Shown: positions 27,362 to 28,880 of the stretch, in pieces
Layout: every line of letters starts with the position of its first letter
How positions within the stretch are numbered: position 1 is the first letter of the stretch
Assembly: GCA_965197725.1 (NCBI GenBank)
Contig: CBDANQ010000001.1
Location: 1 to 28,880, forward strand
Origin: Longimicrobiales bacterium
GTDB lineage: Bacteria > Gemmatimonadota > Gemmatimonadetes > Longimicrobiales > Gaopeijiaceae
Reading direction: 5' to 3'
Length of the DNA stretch: 28,880 nucleotides
The notes under the pieces: model-generated
Database searches by the model: none
The model's input: the letters and a program-made list of their open reading frames with translations, nothing else
What the model was told of the DNA's origin: nothing
Translations under genes and position numbers: made by a program

Positions 27362-27502
27362 CACGCTGGGTGCGCCTTTCACACCCGGTGCCCACACCCC
27401 GCGAAGGACGGGTGTTGTATGCGGTTGCTACCTTCCCTGGAGACTAGGGGAGCAAGGCACTTCGCGGTGTGTCCCAAGGTGTCATAGAGGGTCAAAACAG
27501 GC

Positions 27503-27531
27503 TTGACACCCCTCTAGGCGCAGACCATAAT
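27503..27531 (+). promoter_or_regulatory. sigma70-type promoter
   Basis: TTGACA (27503-27508), 17-bp spacer, CATAAT (27526-27531), upstream of the exbB/tolQ gene. Confidence 0.75.
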
Positions 27532-27627
27532 CTGGACCTCTACAATATCTCGCCCTTCCATTGCTCTGCGCGGTGGAGGGGCTAGATAACGCAAACTCGA
27601 AAGAAAAACTTTGGCTGGAGGTCGGTT

Positions 27628-28320
27628 TTGGTGATGCAACTGTACGGTGCGCTTCTTCAGATCCCGGGCGTGGAGCTCGAGCTTTCTAGGACGGAGTATT
27701 TGATGGAGCTCTGGGAATCCACGGGATTCATGGCCTATCCTCTCGCCTTCCTGCTGGTAGTAGGCATCATCGTCATCATCATCAAGTTCATCAGCCTTAC
27801 CGGAAAGGCTGTGAAGACGCAGTCGATCCTCAAAGACGTGGATGAGCTGCTCACTCAGCAGCGCATTCGCGAGGCTCTCGAGTTGACGCGTGCCACCGAC
27901 TCGCCGGCCGCCAACATCCTCTACGCTGGCCTCGAGCGACATGAGGAGGGCACCGAGCGCGTAATGAAGGCCATCGAGAACCAAGGCCTGCTCGAGATGA
28001 GCAAGCTCGAGTCGGGACTGACGATCCTCGCGACGCTGACCAACATCGCGCCGTTGCTCGGCTTCCTGGGCACCGTGATCGGCATGATCATCGCCTTCCA
28101 GTCGATCGAGGCCGCCGGCGAGGTCGAGGCGACGCTCGTGGCGGGTGGTATCAGGGTCGCGCTGCAGACGACGGCTGCGGGTCTGATGATCGCGATCCCT
28201 GTTTCGATCGGACACAACTACTTCGTGTCCCGCATCGACGGCTTGGTCATCGACATGGAAGAGTCGGCCCAGAAGATGGTCGATACTCTGCATGCCATGG
28301 AGCACGGCCGGAACGGCTGA
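27628..28320 (+). CDS. MotA/TolQ/ExbB proton channel family protein
   Basis: IAPLLGFLGTVIGMI, GGIRVALQTTAAGLMIAIP; GGAGG RBS; start could be 27628, 27631 or 27634. Confidence 0.92.
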   Translation: MVMQLYGALLQIPGVELELSRTEYLMELWESTGFMAYPLAFLLVVGIIVIIIKFISLTGKAVKTQSILKDVDELLTQQRIREALELTRATDSPAANILYAGLERHEEGTERVMKAIENQGLLEMSKLESGLTILATLTNIAPLLGFLGTVIGMIIAFQSIEAAGEVEATLVAGGIRVALQTTAAGLMIAIPVSIGHNYFVSRIDGLVIDMEESAQKMVDTLHAMEHGRNG

Positions 28321-28341
28321 CCGCAGCCGCCGTGAGGCTAC

Positions 28342-28372
28342 AAGAGGCCGCCCTACCGGGCGGCCTCTTTTT
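28342..28372 (+). terminator. Rho-independent terminator
   Basis: AAGAGGCCGCCC-TACC-GGGCGGCCTCTT followed by TTT. Confidence 0.9.
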
Positions 28373-28410
28373 GGAAATATCCCAAGGGTGTGTGTCCTAG
28401 ATTCGAACTC

Positions 28411-28669
28411 ATGACGATCCGACTCTCACTTACCGTCCTGGCCGTAGCCGCGGTTTCCGTTGCCTCGAGCCCCGTCCGCGTCGTAAGGGACGTGCCGACG
28501 CCGACCGCGTCCGATTCGGCGATCGCCGAGTTCGAGTCAGGGCGATTCTGGCACGCGGCTCGCATGCTACGGGCCGAGGGATCCGCGAGCGGCGAGCCCG
28601 CCGACGTCTGGCTGCTGGCTCGTGCGGAAGCAGGTTGGAACAACTGGCCGGCGGTGGAGCATCTGCTAG
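28411..28669 (+). pseudogene. 5' part of an exported helical/TPR-like protein (possibly Slt-type), interrupted by an IS
   Basis: Signal peptide, then helical-repeat-like sequence; the frame runs into IS sequence at CTAG 28666-28669 and stops at 28683. Confidence 0.55.
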
Positions 28670-28880
28670 CAGACCGTGGATAAAGTCCGGTCATCGCTGT
28701 TGTGTTAAATCAGGAGGACACGAGGGTTTTTGCAGCGAGGACGGCGATGGCGGTAGGCAAGCGGCCCGAGGCTCGGCAGGGCGAGATGTTCGTGGTGGCG
28801 AGCGAGATTCGGGCCTTGGACAACCCGTTCTACCGGGCCTTGAACGAGCTTCTGGCGAAAAGCGGGTTTGACGAGTTCGT
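28670..28880 (+). mobile_element. Left end of an IS1182/IS5-type element
   Basis: Begins CAGACCGTGGATAAAGTC immediately after CTAG and is followed by a transposase-like start. Confidence 0.65.
28747..28880 (+). CDS. Transposase N-terminus (DUF772-like), runs off the end of the window
   Basis: GAGG RBS; MAVGKRPEARQGEMFVVASEIRALDNPFYRALNELLAKSGFDEF resembles the PFY-x-x-LN...GFD-x-F start of IS1182/IS5-like transposases. Confidence 0.7.
   Translation, partial: MAVGKRPEARQGEMFVVASEIRALDNPFYRALNELLAKSGFDEF

Noticed and set aside
1..28880. CRISPR array, rRNA or anti-phage defence genes
   Set aside because: No regularly spaced repeats, rRNA-like sequence or recognisable defence domains were seen.

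Overview
GC-rich bacterial window; gene content and style suggest Gemmatimonadota, which is an inference only. Left arm: a small Arg-repeat protein, a TMTC-like GT-C/TPR glycosyltransferase, an Ig-repeat zincin lipoprotein with an IS30 inserted about 10 bp upstream of its start, a PspB-like protein, a tandem-ACT protein and an unannotated 36-aa peptide. Centre (about 7.66-16.1 kb): a decayed tRNA-Cys-targeted integrative element, recognised from a displaced 3' tRNA half, inverted TGTGCCCA-N3-TGTGCCCA arm-like sites and an Xis/AlpA-like gene. It carries an M42 peptidase with a predicted signal peptide, a 108-bp MITE, and a compact PAP2 / FAAL-ACP-reductase fusion / P450 lipid-biosynthesis operon, which is the best candidate for an undescribed system. 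Its right end is cut by an IS256 that lacks target duplications. Right arm: housekeeping genes (HisN-like, GAF-GAF-GGDEF, TrmJ, TatA, acyl-CoA dehydrogenase, gcvH, gcvP, MBL hydrolase, lipoate ligase, exbB/tolQ) and a TPR-like gene interrupted at CTAG by an IS1182/IS5-type element. Four single-base frameshifts in or near G/C runs are probably sequencing indels.
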